The notes: generated from the letters alone by a model not told the origin. A DNA stretch of 63,096 bases from Candidatus Omnitrophota bacterium (GCA_043823745.1 JBDRAN010000032.1:1-63096), one strand, 5' to 3'. Counted from the stretch's first letter, positions 28,991-39,795 are shown. Numbers and translations: made by a program.

Positions 28991-29825
28991 AATATCCTCC
29001 TGTGCATACGTGACGGATGTCACCTTCTAGATATACTTTGGTAAACTGCCGGGGACTGGTTTTGGTAAAATAAACCTTTATTATTTCTGAGCTTTTAGTT
29101 ATAACCGTAATTATCTGCGCACATAAAGGCCTTTTCGTAATGCAGCTGGTGATAAGTGCGCTTGCTGCCGCTCCTGTTCCACAGGCAAGCGTCTCTGCTT
29201 CCACTCCACGTTCATAGGTGCGTACGGCAATATGATTGTTACGTATGATTTTTAGAAAATTAACATTCGTTCCGCCTGGGGCAAAATGCGAATGATAGCG
29301 TATACGCCTGCCGATAGTACCAAGATCGGCATCGTCAATATCATTTACCGGGATAACGACATGCGGTACACCCGTATTGATAAAGTGAGCATGGAATTTC
29401 TTTTTACCCGGCGTAACGGGAATATTAAGCTGTATGGTGGCCGGCTCGGTTAAACCGATACGCACAAGCGTGCCGCGAACATGCGCCCTGATAATGCCGG
29501 CTAATGTTTCAAAAGTTATGGTGCGCCTGTGTGGTGTGCCTGCTGAATGGGCGATTACGTACGCTGCGCAGCGTGCTCCGTTTCCGCACATCTCGGCCTC
29601 TGACCCGTCGGCATTAAAGATACGCATTGTTGCATCGGCAATACGGGAGGCCGACAATACCAGCAGGCCGTCCGCACCAATGCCATAGGTCCGGTTACAC
29701 ATTTTTTTTGCCAAATTTTTGTAATCGCAAGATTTGGTTTTAATGCGCCGCTGGTCAATAACGATAAAATCGTTTCCCGCCGCCACTATTTTCCTGAATT
29801 CAACGAGTATCTTTTTTTTCTTCAT
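28983..29825 (-). CDS. dapF: diaminopimelate epimerase
   Basis: Carries FNADGSEAEMCGNGARC and the second catalytic Cys in LACGTGAAA. Confidence 0.92.
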   Translation of the reverse strand: MKKKKILVEFRKIVAAGNDFIVIDQRRIKTKSCDYKNLAKKMCNRTYGIGADGLLVLSASRIADATMRIFNADGSEAEMCGNGARCAAYVIAHSAGTPHRRTITFETLAGIIRAHVRGTLVRIGLTEPATIQLNIPVTPGKKKFHAHFINTGVPHVVIPVNDIDDADLGTIGRRIRYHSHFAPGGTNVNFLKIIRNNHIAVRTYERGVEAETLACGTGAAASALITSCITKRPLCAQIITVITKSSEIIKVYFTKTSPRQFTKVYLEGDIRHVCTGGYYV

Positions 29826-31078
29826 TGATGAACAATTTCGTTTCGAATCAGATCTTCAAAGCTTTCCCGCTTCCTGATGCAGAAAACTTTTTTTCCGCGC
29901 ACCATCACTTCGGCGGGTCTGCGACGGGAATTGTAATTACTTGCCATGCTAAACCCATACGCTCCCGCCCCCATTATCGCAAGGTATTGTCCTTCGCTTG
30001 AATCGGCGAGCATTCGGTCTTTCGCGATAAAATCACCACTTTCGCAGATCGGTCCGACAATATCTACTTTTTCGTTCGTGCGCGCGCTCCGGTGTGCCTT
30101 ACGCAGCGGTATGATCTGATGATATGCTTCGTAGAGTGCTGGACGAAGCAAGTCATTCATGCCCGCATCAACGACAATGAATTTTTTTAGCGGTGTTGAT
30201 TTAAGATACAGTACCTTTGTTACCATGATTCCCGCGTTACCGATAATAAAGCGGCCCGGCTCCATAATGATCTGAAGCTTCGTCGCGCGTAGAATCGGAA
30301 GTATTTTTTTTGCAAAATCGCGCGCCGTTTGCGGCGTTTCAGTATTATAAATTATACCAAGGCCTCCACCGATATTAAGCGATTCAAGCGTTATGCCGCG
30401 GCTTGTAAGCCGTTGGATGAAATGAAGGACCTTCGTAAACGCTGCGACATAGGGGCCGGGATCGGTGATTTGCGAACCGATATGAATATGTAGACCGTTG
30501 ATGGTAAGGTGCACGAAATTTTTTCGCGTCGCAAAAATATCATAGGCCGTCTCAAAATCAATGCCAAATTTATTCGTAAGCGCTCCCGTCGTGATAAACT
30601 TATGCGTTTTTGGTTCAACGTCAGGATTGATGCGTATGGCGACATTGACTTTTTTCCTGAGGCCCGCTGCAATGCGGTTGATATTGGAAAGTTCCGCGAG
30701 AGATTCGACATTGAAGAACAGAATCCCCTTTTTTATAGCGATCGCAATTTCACTGTTGGTCTTTCCTACCGATGCATAGACAATTTTACGAGGATTACAT
30801 CCGGCCTTAAGGGCCCGGAAGAGTTCTCCTCCCGAAACGATATCAAGGCCTGCACCTTGTCCGATGAGAGACCTTAAAATCGTAAGATTGGAGTTGGCCT
30901 TAACGGAGTAACAAATCAGTGGTTTTACGCTCTTGAAGGCGTCTGAAAGCTTACGGTAATGATCGGTGAGCGTGTGATAGCTATAGACATAAAGCGGTGT
31001 TCCATAGCGTCGCGCAAGCGCTTGGAGGGGGACATCTTCACAAAAAAGCTGGTTTTTCCTGTATTTAAAATCGTGCAT
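29822..31078 (-). CDS. lysA: diaminopimelate decarboxylase
   Basis: The PLP lysine is in YSVKANSN, and CESGD is present. The start is set at MHDFKYRK. The longest ORF extends to 31162 and would overlap argH. Confidence 0.9.
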   Translation of the reverse strand: MHDFKYRKNQLFCEDVPLQALARRYGTPLYVYSYHTLTDHYRKLSDAFKSVKPLICYSVKANSNLTILRSLIGQGAGLDIVSGGELFRALKAGCNPRKIVYASVGKTNSEIAIAIKKGILFFNVESLAELSNINRIAAGLRKKVNVAIRINPDVEPKTHKFITTGALTNKFGIDFETAYDIFATRKNFVHLTINGLHIHIGSQITDPGPYVAAFTKVLHFIQRLTSRGITLESLNIGGGLGIIYNTETPQTARDFAKKILPILRATKLQIIMEPGRFIIGNAGIMVTKVLYLKSTPLKKFIVVDAGMNDLLRPALYEAYHQIIPLRKAHRSARTNEKVDIVGPICESGDFIAKDRMLADSSEGQYLAIMGAGAYGFSMASNYNSRRRPAEVMVRGKKVFCIRKRESFEDLIRNEIVHQ

Positions 31079-31109
31079 GCGGATTATCGCACTCGTTAAA
31101 GTTATTGTG

Positions 31110-32468
31110 TTATTTGCCGCGTAGGATCGACTTTTTAGATTCGACCGAAACCTTGGGGTCAAATAATCTCGTGATATCTTTTTTGACGAATTTATCGCAA
31201 AATCTCTTCAACGTGCTTTCGGGCATATCCTGTATCTTGATGTGATTATCAAGAGAATATTTGATAAGCTTTCCCACGATCGTGTGAGCCTCTTTAAACG
31301 CTATCTTTTTATCTACCAGATAATATACTACATCGGTCGCATAAAGAGACTCGTCTTTTAAGCATTCCTTTATTCTATCTTCGTTGAATTTAAGCGTCTT
31401 CATTAATCCGCTTAAGACTTTTAATTCACTTGTTACTATTTCAAATGAATTAAATAAAGGTTCTTTGTCTAGTTGCATATCTCGGTTGTAGGTTAACGGC
31501 AGTCCCTTCATCATAGTCAATACGCTTACTAAATTTCCATACAGTCTTCCGGCGTAGCCGCGTATTAATTCCAGCACGTCCGGGTTTTTCTTTTGTGGCA
31601 TAAGCGATGAGCCGGTACAAAATGCCTCATCGATTTCGATAAAATCGAATTCCGGTGTTGACCAGATAATTAAATCTTCAGCCAATCGGGATAAATGCGT
31701 GGCGATAATCGACAGAGCGCTGATAATCTCAATAACAAAATCCCTGTCACTCACCGCGTCCAGTGAATTAGACGTGGCTTGTATGTTAAAAATTTCCCCT
31801 ATATTTTTTTCTTTTAAATACTCATTCGCCTTTATCGCATATTCTTTTGCGCTGATTGGGGTTCCCGCTAAAGCGCCGGCACCCATGGTTATTTTGATGT
31901 TGTCGCATATATAACTCAGCCTGTTTGCGTCTCGCTCAAGCATTTCTACGTATGCACCAAGATAATCTTTTAAATACACTGGTTGCGCATGTTGCATATG
32001 AGTGAACCCGGGAATGATAATATGAGCATTTTCTTTCGCTAACGAAAGCATTACGTTTACGAGACTACGAACCTCAATTTCTAATTGTAACGTAGCGAAT
32101 TGAGAATAAAGTTTGGTTGCAAATACAACCTGGTCGTTCCGTGAGCGTGCAGTGTGAAGTTTTAGAACTAAATCACCGACTTTCCTTTGTAGTTTATTTT
32201 GGATGTCGGTATGGACATCTTCGGCGTGCACATCTCGTTTGAATATATTGTTATCTATGTCATTGTAAATTGAATCTAACGCATTCACAAGCTTTCGGGT
32301 TTCATCCGCAGTTAAATATCCAGAGTTTTTCAATATCTCTACATGGAGCATAGACCCCAAAACATCGTATTTCGCAATTTTATAATCGTACTGTATCGAT
32401 CGAGTGAACTCCTCGACCAACGGATCAGTTTTCTTCTGAAATCTTCCGCCCCATAATTTTTTTGCCAT
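31110..32468 (-). CDS. argH: argininosuccinate lyase
   Basis: Carries the fumarate-lyase signature GSSLMPQKKNPD. Confidence 0.95.
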   Translation of the reverse strand: MAKKLWGGRFQKKTDPLVEEFTRSIQYDYKIAKYDVLGSMLHVEILKNSGYLTADETRKLVNALDSIYNDIDNNIFKRDVHAEDVHTDIQNKLQRKVGDLVLKLHTARSRNDQVVFATKLYSQFATLQLEIEVRSLVNVMLSLAKENAHIIIPGFTHMQHAQPVYLKDYLGAYVEMLERDANRLSYICDNIKITMGAGALAGTPISAKEYAIKANEYLKEKNIGEIFNIQATSNSLDAVSDRDFVIEIISALSIIATHLSRLAEDLIIWSTPEFDFIEIDEAFCTGSSLMPQKKNPDVLELIRGYAGRLYGNLVSVLTMMKGLPLTYNRDMQLDKEPLFNSFEIVTSELKVLSGLMKTLKFNEDRIKECLKDESLYATDVVYYLVDKKIAFKEAHTIVGKLIKYSLDNHIKIQDMPESTLKRFCDKFVKKDITRLFDPKVSVESKKSILRGK

Positions 32469-32539
32469 CTCTTTCCCCCAATAATTCTTTTATCTGTACT
32501 CTTTCCTATGAGCTCACGAGCTTATGAGCCTTTTACTTT

Positions 32540-33739
32540 CTACTTGTGGTACGGCATCCCCCACAACTTGATAAATCCTTCAGCAAGAGTACGATCGAAT
32601 TTATCGCCCGCCCCGTAGGTCGCGAATGCCTTTTTGTAGAGCGCATTGCTTGATTCCCGCGTGACAGGTGTGATGTTTCCTTTGTAGAGGTTGAGGCGTA
32701 TGACGCCTGTTACCGTCTTTTGTGTTTCGTTGATAAAGGCATCGAGTGCGATTCGTAAGGGTGTAAACCATAATCCTTGATAGATAAGATGGGAATATTT
32801 CTGGCTGACAAATTCCTTATAAAAGATCGTTTCACGGTCAAGGACTACGCTTTCAAGTTCCCGGTGTGCGGTATAGAGAATCCAGGCCGCAGGTGCTTCA
32901 TAAATTTCCCTGGATTTTATTCCGACGACCCTGTCTTCAATAACATCGGTTCTCCCGACGCCATGCGACGCGCCAACGCGGTTAAGCGTCTCGATTAGTT
33001 TTAGAATATCGATTTTTTTTCCATTCAGTGCAACCGGTACGCCGCATTTAAACTCAATGGTTACGCATGACGGTTTATCCGGTGTCGTATCAAGAGGTTT
33101 TACGAAATAATACGAGTTTTTCGGTGGTTCAATCGCAATATCTTCAAGTACCCCGCCCTCGATACTTACGCCCCAGATATTTTTATCGATACTGTAGAGT
33201 TTTTCTTTCGTTGTTTTGATAGGAAGTTTATGGAGCCTGGCGTATTCAATTTCGTCTTCCCGCGATTGCAGTTCCCACTCGCGCAGCGGCGCAATTGTTT
33301 TTATCCGCGGCGCAAGAATAGCGGTCGTGATTTCAAAACGTACCTGATCATTGCCTTTTCCGGTGCATCCGTGAGCAAGAAACGCGGCATTCTCGGCTTT
33401 CGCGACATCCACGAGGTGCTTTGCGATGAGCGGCCTGCTAAGGGAGGTGCTTAAGACATACTTTCCCTCATACAGAGCGCCTGCTTTCAAGGAAGGTGTG
33501 ATGTAGTCGCGAGCGAATTCACGCCGTAAATCTTTAATATAGATTTTTTTCGCTCCGCTTGCGATGGCGCGTGCGCGGAGATCGCTTGGCGAAAATTCAC
33601 TACCCAGGTTTGCGGAGAAGCAGATGACTTCAAATCCCTTATCGCGTAACCATTGTATACAACAGGACGTATCGAGCCCTCCTGAATACGCCAAGATAAC
33701 TTTTTTCACGCCACCCTCCTTAATCGCTTTTTGTGCCAC
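32540..33739 (-). CDS. argG: argininosuccinate synthase
   Basis: Has the AYSGGLDTS ATP-binding motif. 399 aa. Confidence 0.95.
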   Translation of the reverse strand: MAQKAIKEGGVKKVILAYSGGLDTSCCIQWLRDKGFEVICFSANLGSEFSPSDLRARAIASGAKKIYIKDLRREFARDYITPSLKAGALYEGKYVLSTSLSRPLIAKHLVDVAKAENAAFLAHGCTGKGNDQVRFEITTAILAPRIKTIAPLREWELQSREDEIEYARLHKLPIKTTKEKLYSIDKNIWGVSIEGGVLEDIAIEPPKNSYYFVKPLDTTPDKPSCVTIEFKCGVPVALNGKKIDILKLIETLNRVGASHGVGRTDVIEDRVVGIKSREIYEAPAAWILYTAHRELESVVLDRETIFYKEFVSQKYSHLIYQGLWFTPLRIALDAFINETQKTVTGVIRLNLYKGNITPVTRESSNALYKKAFATYGAGDKFDRTLAEGFIKLWGMPYHK

Positions 33740-34646
33740 CGAGCGTATAGACTAAGACTGCCTTCGCGGCATACAGACGGTTCTCTGCCTGTGCGAATAC
33801 CACCGAATTTTTACCGTCGATGACGCTATTTGTTATTTCTTCTCCCCGGTGGGCCGGAAGACAATGCATAATGAGACAATTTTTCTGTGCGCGCGCCAGC
33901 AGCGCTTCATTGATCTGATAAGGTTTAAAAATTCGCCTGCGTTTTTTCTGTTCCTGTTCCTTACCCATTGAAGTCCAGACGTCCGTGTATATGACATCGG
34001 CATTGCGCGCAGCGTCTTCGGCTTTATCGGTAATGGTGATCGTGCCTTGGGAAACGCGGCAGTATGGTTTAACTTCTTGAATAATATCGCGCTGCGGCAG
34101 ATACCGTTTTGGGGTAGCAACCCAGAGGGTACCGCCCAGTATTGAAAAAGCATAGATAAGGGAATTACACACATTATTTCCGTCGCCCACGTACGCTACT
34201 TTAAGTTTTCGAATATCACCTTTTAGTTCCTTGAGCGTGAAAATATCCGCAAGCACTTGCGAAGGATGCAGAAGGTCACTTAACGCATTGATGATCGGTA
34301 TCGAGGAGAATTTGACGAGTTCGAGAATATTATCGTGAGAAAAGGTGCGAAGCACGATTGCATCGAGAAATCCCGAGAGAGTTCGCGCGACATCACAAAT
34401 TTTTTCACGGCTGCCTAAACGTATCTCATCGGAACCATAATAGATAGCCGAGCCACCCAGTTGTTCGGTGCCGACATAGTACGCGGTCTTGGTACGCAGA
34501 GATGGCTTTTCAAAAATAAGCCCCACCGTGCGGCCGGTAAGGATCGATGCATACTTTGCGGGATTGGTTTTGATGTCACGCGACAGCTCGACAAGCTTCC
34601 ATATTTCAGACGCCGAGAAATATTTGAGTGAGATAAAATGTTTCAT
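33720..34646 (-). CDS. argF: ornithine carbamoyltransferase
   Basis: Carries FEKPSLRTK (SxRT) and HCLPA. Confidence 0.92.
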   Translation of the reverse strand: MKHFISLKYFSASEIWKLVELSRDIKTNPAKYASILTGRTVGLIFEKPSLRTKTAYYVGTEQLGGSAIYYGSDEIRLGSREKICDVARTLSGFLDAIVLRTFSHDNILELVKFSSIPIINALSDLLHPSQVLADIFTLKELKGDIRKLKVAYVGDGNNVCNSLIYAFSILGGTLWVATPKRYLPQRDIIQEVKPYCRVSQGTITITDKAEDAARNADVIYTDVWTSMGKEQEQKKRRRIFKPYQINEALLARAQKNCLIMHCLPAHRGEEITNSVIDGKNSVVFAQAENRLYAAKAVLVYTLGGTKSD

Positions 34647-34654
34647 CGTTCGTG

Positions 34655-35860
34655 CTATTTTTTAAGCTCTCCCCGTGCGGCGCACGTCGAGAAAGCATCC
34701 TCGATGATACGGATTCCGGTATCGAGCTCCCGCTTGGTTACGGTAAGCGCCGGCATGATGCGAAGCACCGTATCATGCGTTGAATTGACAATGAGTTTAT
34801 TTTTTAAGCATTCCATAAAAACCGGATATGAGGCACAGGTCAAGTCAACCCCTATCATGAGCCCTACGCCCCGGACATCTCTAATAAAAGAAAATTTGCG
34901 GCGCATCGCCTGAAATGCTTGCGCCAGATACGTGCCCATTGAGCGTGTGTTATCAAGCAATCGTTCTTTTTTTATAATTTTGAAAACCTCATTCCCCACA
35001 TGGGTTACCAGGGGTGAGCCTCCGAAGGTCGAGGCGTGCATTCCCGGTTTTATAATATCAGCGATCTCAGTGTTGACCACCAACGCTGAAATCGGCACTC
35101 CCGCTCCCAGCCCTTTCGAAAGTATCATGATATCCGGTGTGATGCCGTAATGCTGGTACGCGAACAGTTTTCCGGTTCTTCCCATCCCGGTTTGGACTTC
35201 GTCAACCATGAAGAGTAATTTATGGTGCCGGCAATACGCATATAATTTTTTCACATATTCTTTACTCGCAATATTGATCCCGCCTTCTCCCTGGATAAGC
35301 TCAAGCAACACTCCAACCGTATGCTCATTGTGTAATCGTGCTACGTCGCTTGCGTCATTAAAAAGTGCCTCCTTGAACGTGGGAAGCAGGGGTTCAAATG
35401 GCTCCTTGTATTTTGCTTGGCCGGTTGCCGAAAGCGCGGCGAATGTCCTGCCGTGGAATGAGTTCTTCATCGAAATAATTTCATGCCGGCTGCAACCCTT
35501 ACCGTAGAGCCGCGACACTTTTACGGCACCCTCTACCGCTTCAGCGCCTGAATTAGCAAAAAAAACTTTCGAAGAAAACGACTTTTGTACAATTGTTTTA
35601 GCCAGAACAGCGTGCTCTCGTTGATAAAGGTTATTCGGCAGGTGAATAAGCTTTTTCGCCTGCGCATTGATCGCGCGGACAATTCCGGGGTGGCAATGTC
35701 CCAGTATTGAAACACCCCATCCGGGAAACAGGTCTAAATAGCGGTTGCCCCTGGTATCCCAGAGCCAACTCCCCTTGCCCTTGGTAAATATCGGCCCGAT
35801 ACGCCGGTACGTATTGAGCACGTATTGCTGAAATGTTTTAACAGTGGCTGTGTCAGTCAT
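34655..35860 (-). CDS. argD: acetylornithine aminotransferase
   Basis: Carries DEVQTGMGRTG and the PLP lysine in LSKGLGAG. Confidence 0.9.
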   Translation of the reverse strand: MTDTATVKTFQQYVLNTYRRIGPIFTKGKGSWLWDTRGNRYLDLFPGWGVSILGHCHPGIVRAINAQAKKLIHLPNNLYQREHAVLAKTIVQKSFSSKVFFANSGAEAVEGAVKVSRLYGKGCSRHEIISMKNSFHGRTFAALSATGQAKYKEPFEPLLPTFKEALFNDASDVARLHNEHTVGVLLELIQGEGGINIASKEYVKKLYAYCRHHKLLFMVDEVQTGMGRTGKLFAYQHYGITPDIMILSKGLGAGVPISALVVNTEIADIIKPGMHASTFGGSPLVTHVGNEVFKIIKKERLLDNTRSMGTYLAQAFQAMRRKFSFIRDVRGVGLMIGVDLTCASYPVFMECLKNKLIVNSTHDTVLRIMPALTVTKRELDTGIRIIEDAFSTCAARGELKK

Positions 35861-35863
35861 ACT

Positions 35864-36715
35864 TTATTGTACAATTTCAGTTCCGATGCCGGCCTTCGTA
35901 AATATTTCAAGAAGTATCGCGTGAGGTATTTTCGCGTCAATGATATGCGCTTTACCCACGCCTTCCCGGATCGATTTGACCGCGGCTTTTACTTTCGGGA
36001 TCATTCCTTCCTCGATAATTTTCTCTTTAATAAGAGTGTCGGCTTCGTGTACGGTAATCGTGGGAATAAGCGAATCTTCATCTTGCGCGTTACGCATAAC
36101 ACCCAGTACATTCGTAAGAAGCACTAATTTTTCAGCACGCAGGGCCGATGCCAGGAAAAATGCCACTTCATCGGCATTAATGTTTAAAACCGTTCCTTCC
36201 GTTGATACGCCCATCGGTGTGATTACCGGAATCGACGACTCCAGCGCACGCGCGATTTTTTCCTTGTTATAGGCGGTGACTTCACCCACAAACCCATAGT
36301 CATGTTTAATTTTTTTCTTGGTGGCAGTGAGAATCCGGTTGGTGCTCTTAAAGCCGGTCGTCGTGACGCCGAGCGCGCTCAATTCTCTCACCAGAAGGTC
36401 ATTCAGCTCATCAAGCTCCTCCTCAACGACCGTAAGCGTCGCGGCATCCGTAACTCGAATCCCGTCAATAAACTGCGTGGGGATTTTAAGTTCCCGTAAG
36501 CGCTCGGTAATATTCGGGCCGCCGCCATGCACGAGAATCGTACGTATTCCGGTGTAGTGAAGAAACGCTATATCTTCGAGAACTGACTTGCGAACGCGCT
36601 CTTCGCTTAAAATGGAACCGCCGTATTTTATGACAAAGATCCTGTCTTGAAAATTCTTTATATACGGAAGCGCCTCTATTAAAACATCTGCTTTTTTAAT
36701 GGCTTCGGAAACCAC
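35864..36715 (-). CDS. argB: acetylglutamate kinase
   Basis: Carries VIKYGGS and LVHGGGP. Confidence 0.93.
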   Translation of the reverse strand: MVSEAIKKADVLIEALPYIKNFQDRIFVIKYGGSILSEERVRKSVLEDIAFLHYTGIRTILVHGGGPNITERLRELKIPTQFIDGIRVTDAATLTVVEEELDELNDLLVRELSALGVTTTGFKSTNRILTATKKKIKHDYGFVGEVTAYNKEKIARALESSIPVITPMGVSTEGTVLNINADEVAFFLASALRAEKLVLLTNVLGVMRNAQDEDSLIPTITVHEADTLIKEKIIEEGMIPKVKAAVKSIREGVGKAHIIDAKIPHAILLEIFTKAGIGTEIVQ

Positions 36716-36726
36716 CGGATCCTCCT

Positions 36727-37821
36727 TTAGCTGTATTCAGCGTTGATCTTAACGTATTCAGGGGTCAAGTCTGAGGTATAGACTTTCGCATTTTTATTAC
36801 CGCGCTTTAAGTCTACGGTAATCTGAATATCCTTCTTTTGTAGGGGGCTTAGCGCAATACCAATATCTTCATGCACCGGGATACCGCCTGCACCAAGGGC
36901 GGCGATAATCCTTCCCCAATTGGGGTTTGCCCCGTAAAGCGCGCATTTTAAAAGGTTGGAATTAGCGAGCGCAAGCCCGGCTCGTCGTGCTTCCGAGGCT
37001 GTCCGTGCCCCGTTTATTTCAATTTCAATGAATTTCGTCGCACCTTCGCCATCCCGCACGATCATCGTTGCTAAATCCAGGCAGACTTTTTTGAGCGCCT
37101 CACTAAAAAGCGCATAGTCCCGGTTGCCTGATGCCTTAACTTTTCTGCTTGATAAGACAAACAGCGTGTCATTGGTGCTCATGCAGCCGTCAACGGTAAT
37201 AGCATTGAAGCTTGTTTGGACCGCCGCGCGGGCCATAGCGTGTAAACGCTTTTTCGGGATATCGATATCCGTGAGCACGAACGCAAGCATCGTTGCTATC
37301 GTAGGCGCGATCATCCCCGCGCCCTTAGTAAACCCGAGAATCGTTGCGGGACCGTTGCAAGCCGCCAGGCGAGCGTAAGAAATCTTCTTAAACGTATCGG
37401 TGGTCAAAATACTTTCATTAAATCCCGCTATATCCCGGCCGCGGCCGGCAAGCAACGTTGGGAGGCCGTCGATGATCTTCTGATAAGGCATTTTTTTTCC
37501 GATAATACCGGTCGAGGCGATTAAGATATTTTGCGAAGAAACGCCCAACGCGCGCGCAAGCTGCGCGCAGAGATTTTCGGTGTCGCGCACGCCCTCTACG
37601 TGAGAGAAGCAATTGGCATTCCCGCTGTTGACAAGAATCGCTTTGATAGGATTATTGATCTTGTTCGTGCTTACGGTTACCGAGTACGATTTATTCTTGT
37701 TAATCGTAAAGAAACCGACGGCTGCGGCAAAATTATCGCAGCAAATCAAGCCAAGATCGTTTTTTTTGTTTTTTATACCGCAGTTTATGCCGGAAAGCAA
37801 AAATCCTTTCGGTAATTTCAT
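36727..37821 (-). CDS. argJ: bifunctional ornithine acetyltransferase / N-acetylglutamate synthase
   Basis: Contains the autoproteolysis site ATMLAF and the N-terminal PKGFLLSGINCGIK. Confidence 0.9.
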   Translation of the reverse strand: MKLPKGFLLSGINCGIKNKKNDLGLICCDNFAAAVGFFTINKNKSYSVTVSTNKINNPIKAILVNSGNANCFSHVEGVRDTENLCAQLARALGVSSQNILIASTGIIGKKMPYQKIIDGLPTLLAGRGRDIAGFNESILTTDTFKKISYARLAACNGPATILGFTKGAGMIAPTIATMLAFVLTDIDIPKKRLHAMARAAVQTSFNAITVDGCMSTNDTLFVLSSRKVKASGNRDYALFSEALKKVCLDLATMIVRDGEGATKFIEIEINGARTASEARRAGLALANSNLLKCALYGANPNWGRIIAALGAGGIPVHEDIGIALSPLQKKDIQITVDLKRGNKNAKVYTSDLTPEYVKINAEYS

Positions 37822-38849
37822 ATAAGCCCTGTTGTTTCCTCAAGGCCAAGCATAATATTCATATTTTGAATTGCCTGGCCAGCCGCACCCTTAATGAGGT
37901 TATCGATACTTGAAGCAATGAGCGCATGTTCCCCGTCTTGATTGAGTGCATACCCGATATCGCAAAAGTTTGTTCCCACGGTATCTTTCAACTTTGGTAA
38001 ACCGGTAAGGAGCCTGACGAACGGCTTATCGGCGTATGCGCGGCTATAAACCTCCGTAAGCTGGTCGGAAGTAATCTTCTTGTTAAACGTGATAAAGATT
38101 GAGGAATAAATGCCGGCCTGGACACCGATCACATGAGGCGTAAAGAACGGCTGTAATGTCTGGTGAGTCGTGGCGCGCAAGACTTCAATGACCTCCGGAA
38201 TATGCTGATGTACAAATGGTTTATAGGCCCAGACGTTATCGGCGATATTCGAATAGTGGAAATCAATGGCAGCTTTTCTGCCTGCTCCGGTAATTGAGGA
38301 GTACGAATTGATAATAACTTTTTTATCGATAAGGCCCGCGTTGGCCAACGGATACAGTCCGATGATAATTGAGGTGGGGTAGCACCCGGGGTTGGCGATA
38401 AGAGAGCTACCGGCGATCGAGCTCGCAAAAAGCTCCGGAAGGCCATATACCGCAGTCGGCAGATTCTGTGGATCTTTATGAGGAACGTTATAGTACTGTT
38501 CATACACGCTCGCGTCATGAAACCGGTAGTCAGCGGATAAATCAATGACTTTCTTGCCTTGCGCGAGCAACGAGGGAACGAATTCCATAGAAACCGTATG
38601 AGGAAGCGATAGGAAAAAAATGTCGGCCCGCGCTACTGCGGCTTCAATGTCGAGCGGATCGCAGAGAAGGTCGGTTTTTTTAGAAAAGGACGGGAATAGC
38701 TGGCTATACGCAACAGGGCTCGGGGTACGCGAAGAAAGGTATGTGACTTTCGTCGCAGGATGGGTAAGAAGAAGTTGCACCAGTTTTTCACCCGTAAAAC
38801 CCGTGGCGCCTAAAACGGCTACTGTTGCTTTAGATTCGGCTTTTTGCAT
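37818..38849 (-). CDS. argC: N-acetyl-gamma-glutamyl-phosphate reductase
   Basis: The active-site Cys is in IANPGCYPTS. The N-terminal Rossmann motif is VLGATGFTG. Confidence 0.93.
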   Translation of the reverse strand: MQKAESKATVAVLGATGFTGEKLVQLLLTHPATKVTYLSSRTPSPVAYSQLFPSFSKKTDLLCDPLDIEAAVARADIFFLSLPHTVSMEFVPSLLAQGKKVIDLSADYRFHDASVYEQYYNVPHKDPQNLPTAVYGLPELFASSIAGSSLIANPGCYPTSIIIGLYPLANAGLIDKKVIINSYSSITGAGRKAAIDFHYSNIADNVWAYKPFVHQHIPEVIEVLRATTHQTLQPFFTPHVIGVQAGIYSSIFITFNKKITSDQLTEVYSRAYADKPFVRLLTGLPKLKDTVGTNFCDIGYALNQDGEHALIASSIDNLIKGAAGQAIQNMNIMLGLEETTGLI

Positions 38850-38924
38850 GGCAGCTTTGGTGCGATTTGTAATAGTTAATAATGATTTTTACGGACTCAA
38901 GCCCTCCCCCAGGTAAGAGAGATT

Positions 38925-38953
38925 ATGATAAACCAAAATGGCGGGATAGTCAA
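38925..38953 (-). promoter_or_regulatory. candidate sigma70 promoter ahead of argC
   Basis: On the minus strand, TTGACT (38953-38948), a 17-nt spacer, then TATCAT (38930-25). This is about 75 nt upstream of the argC ATG. Confidence 0.4.
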
Positions 38954-38989
38954 TATAAATCAGCGCACGGGAACGCTCGAGGGGGATGC

Positions 38990-39355
38990 TTAGATACGTT
39001 CGGGCGTAAGGGTGAGCGAATCCCCGACTTCAGTAGGAATTGCAATGCTTTTTCCGGCAGGAAGCTCAATGGTTATCGTTGAGCCAAAACAATGGGCCAT
39101 TTTCCAGGGCATAAGACGGCGATAAATTTTAAGCACGCGCATTTTTTTATCCAAAAATATCACGTCAATCGAAAAGCGCATAAAAAACATATGAATTGAA
39201 GGCGCGTGGTAAAAAATGAGCGCTTCATCCGGAGCCAACTCCTTTCGGGGAATAAGGCCCAGAAATCGATCAAGAAACGTGCTGGCGATCGACGCGCGCG
39301 CCGCAAGAATGCATTGTTTGGTATTGTTGGTGACAATCATCACTCTGTGGTGCAT
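38990..39355 (-). CDS. DUF192 family protein
   Basis: 121 aa. The pattern FLGLIPRKEL..DEALIF...SIHMFFMRFSIDVIFLD...IELPAG matches the DUF192/COG1430 pattern. Confidence 0.65.
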   Translation of the reverse strand: MHHRVMIVTNNTKQCILAARASIASTFLDRFLGLIPRKELAPDEALIFYHAPSIHMFFMRFSIDVIFLDKKMRVLKIYRRLMPWKMAHCFGSTITIELPAGKSIAIPTEVGDSLTLTPERI

Positions 39356-39720
39356 TGTTTCTGAAGCGAATCGGGTATAGCCTGGGGTTTAAATTCCTGG
39401 TTAATGCAGACAAGGGTAGTTGTTGCGCTAACCAGGAGCTGAGTATCTTTACGTATTTCCTGTACGAATTCAATGGAAACATTTTTTTGACGCACAATAC
39501 GGGTTGCTATGGTAAGCGTGTCAGCATACCGGGCGGGCGCCTTATAGTCGATCGAAACGTTTTTGACCGCGAACAGTACTCCATTTTTTGCCAGCGCGCA
39601 CAGATCAATCCCGCGTTCGCGCATATATTCAGTGCGCGCCTCCTCCATGTATTTGAGGTAGTTGGCATAATAAACGACCCCGCCGCAATCGGTATCGTGA
39701 TAATAAATTTTCTTAATCAT
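39340..39720 (-). CDS. ybgC: YbgC/4HBT-family acyl-CoA thioesterase
   Basis: IYYHDTDCGGVVYYANYLKYMEEART matches the hotdog-fold thioesterase signature. Confidence 0.8.
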   Translation of the reverse strand: MIKKIYYHDTDCGGVVYYANYLKYMEEARTEYMRERGIDLCALAKNGVLFAVKNVSIDYKAPARYADTLTIATRIVRQKNVSIEFVQEIRKDTQLLVSATTTLVCINQEFKPQAIPDSLQKQCTTE

Positions 39721-39795
39721 TATTTCTCCGCCGTATACGCCATGTGGTCGCCTATTACATTACACTATCGTTTCCGGAATTAAATAAATAATCTC

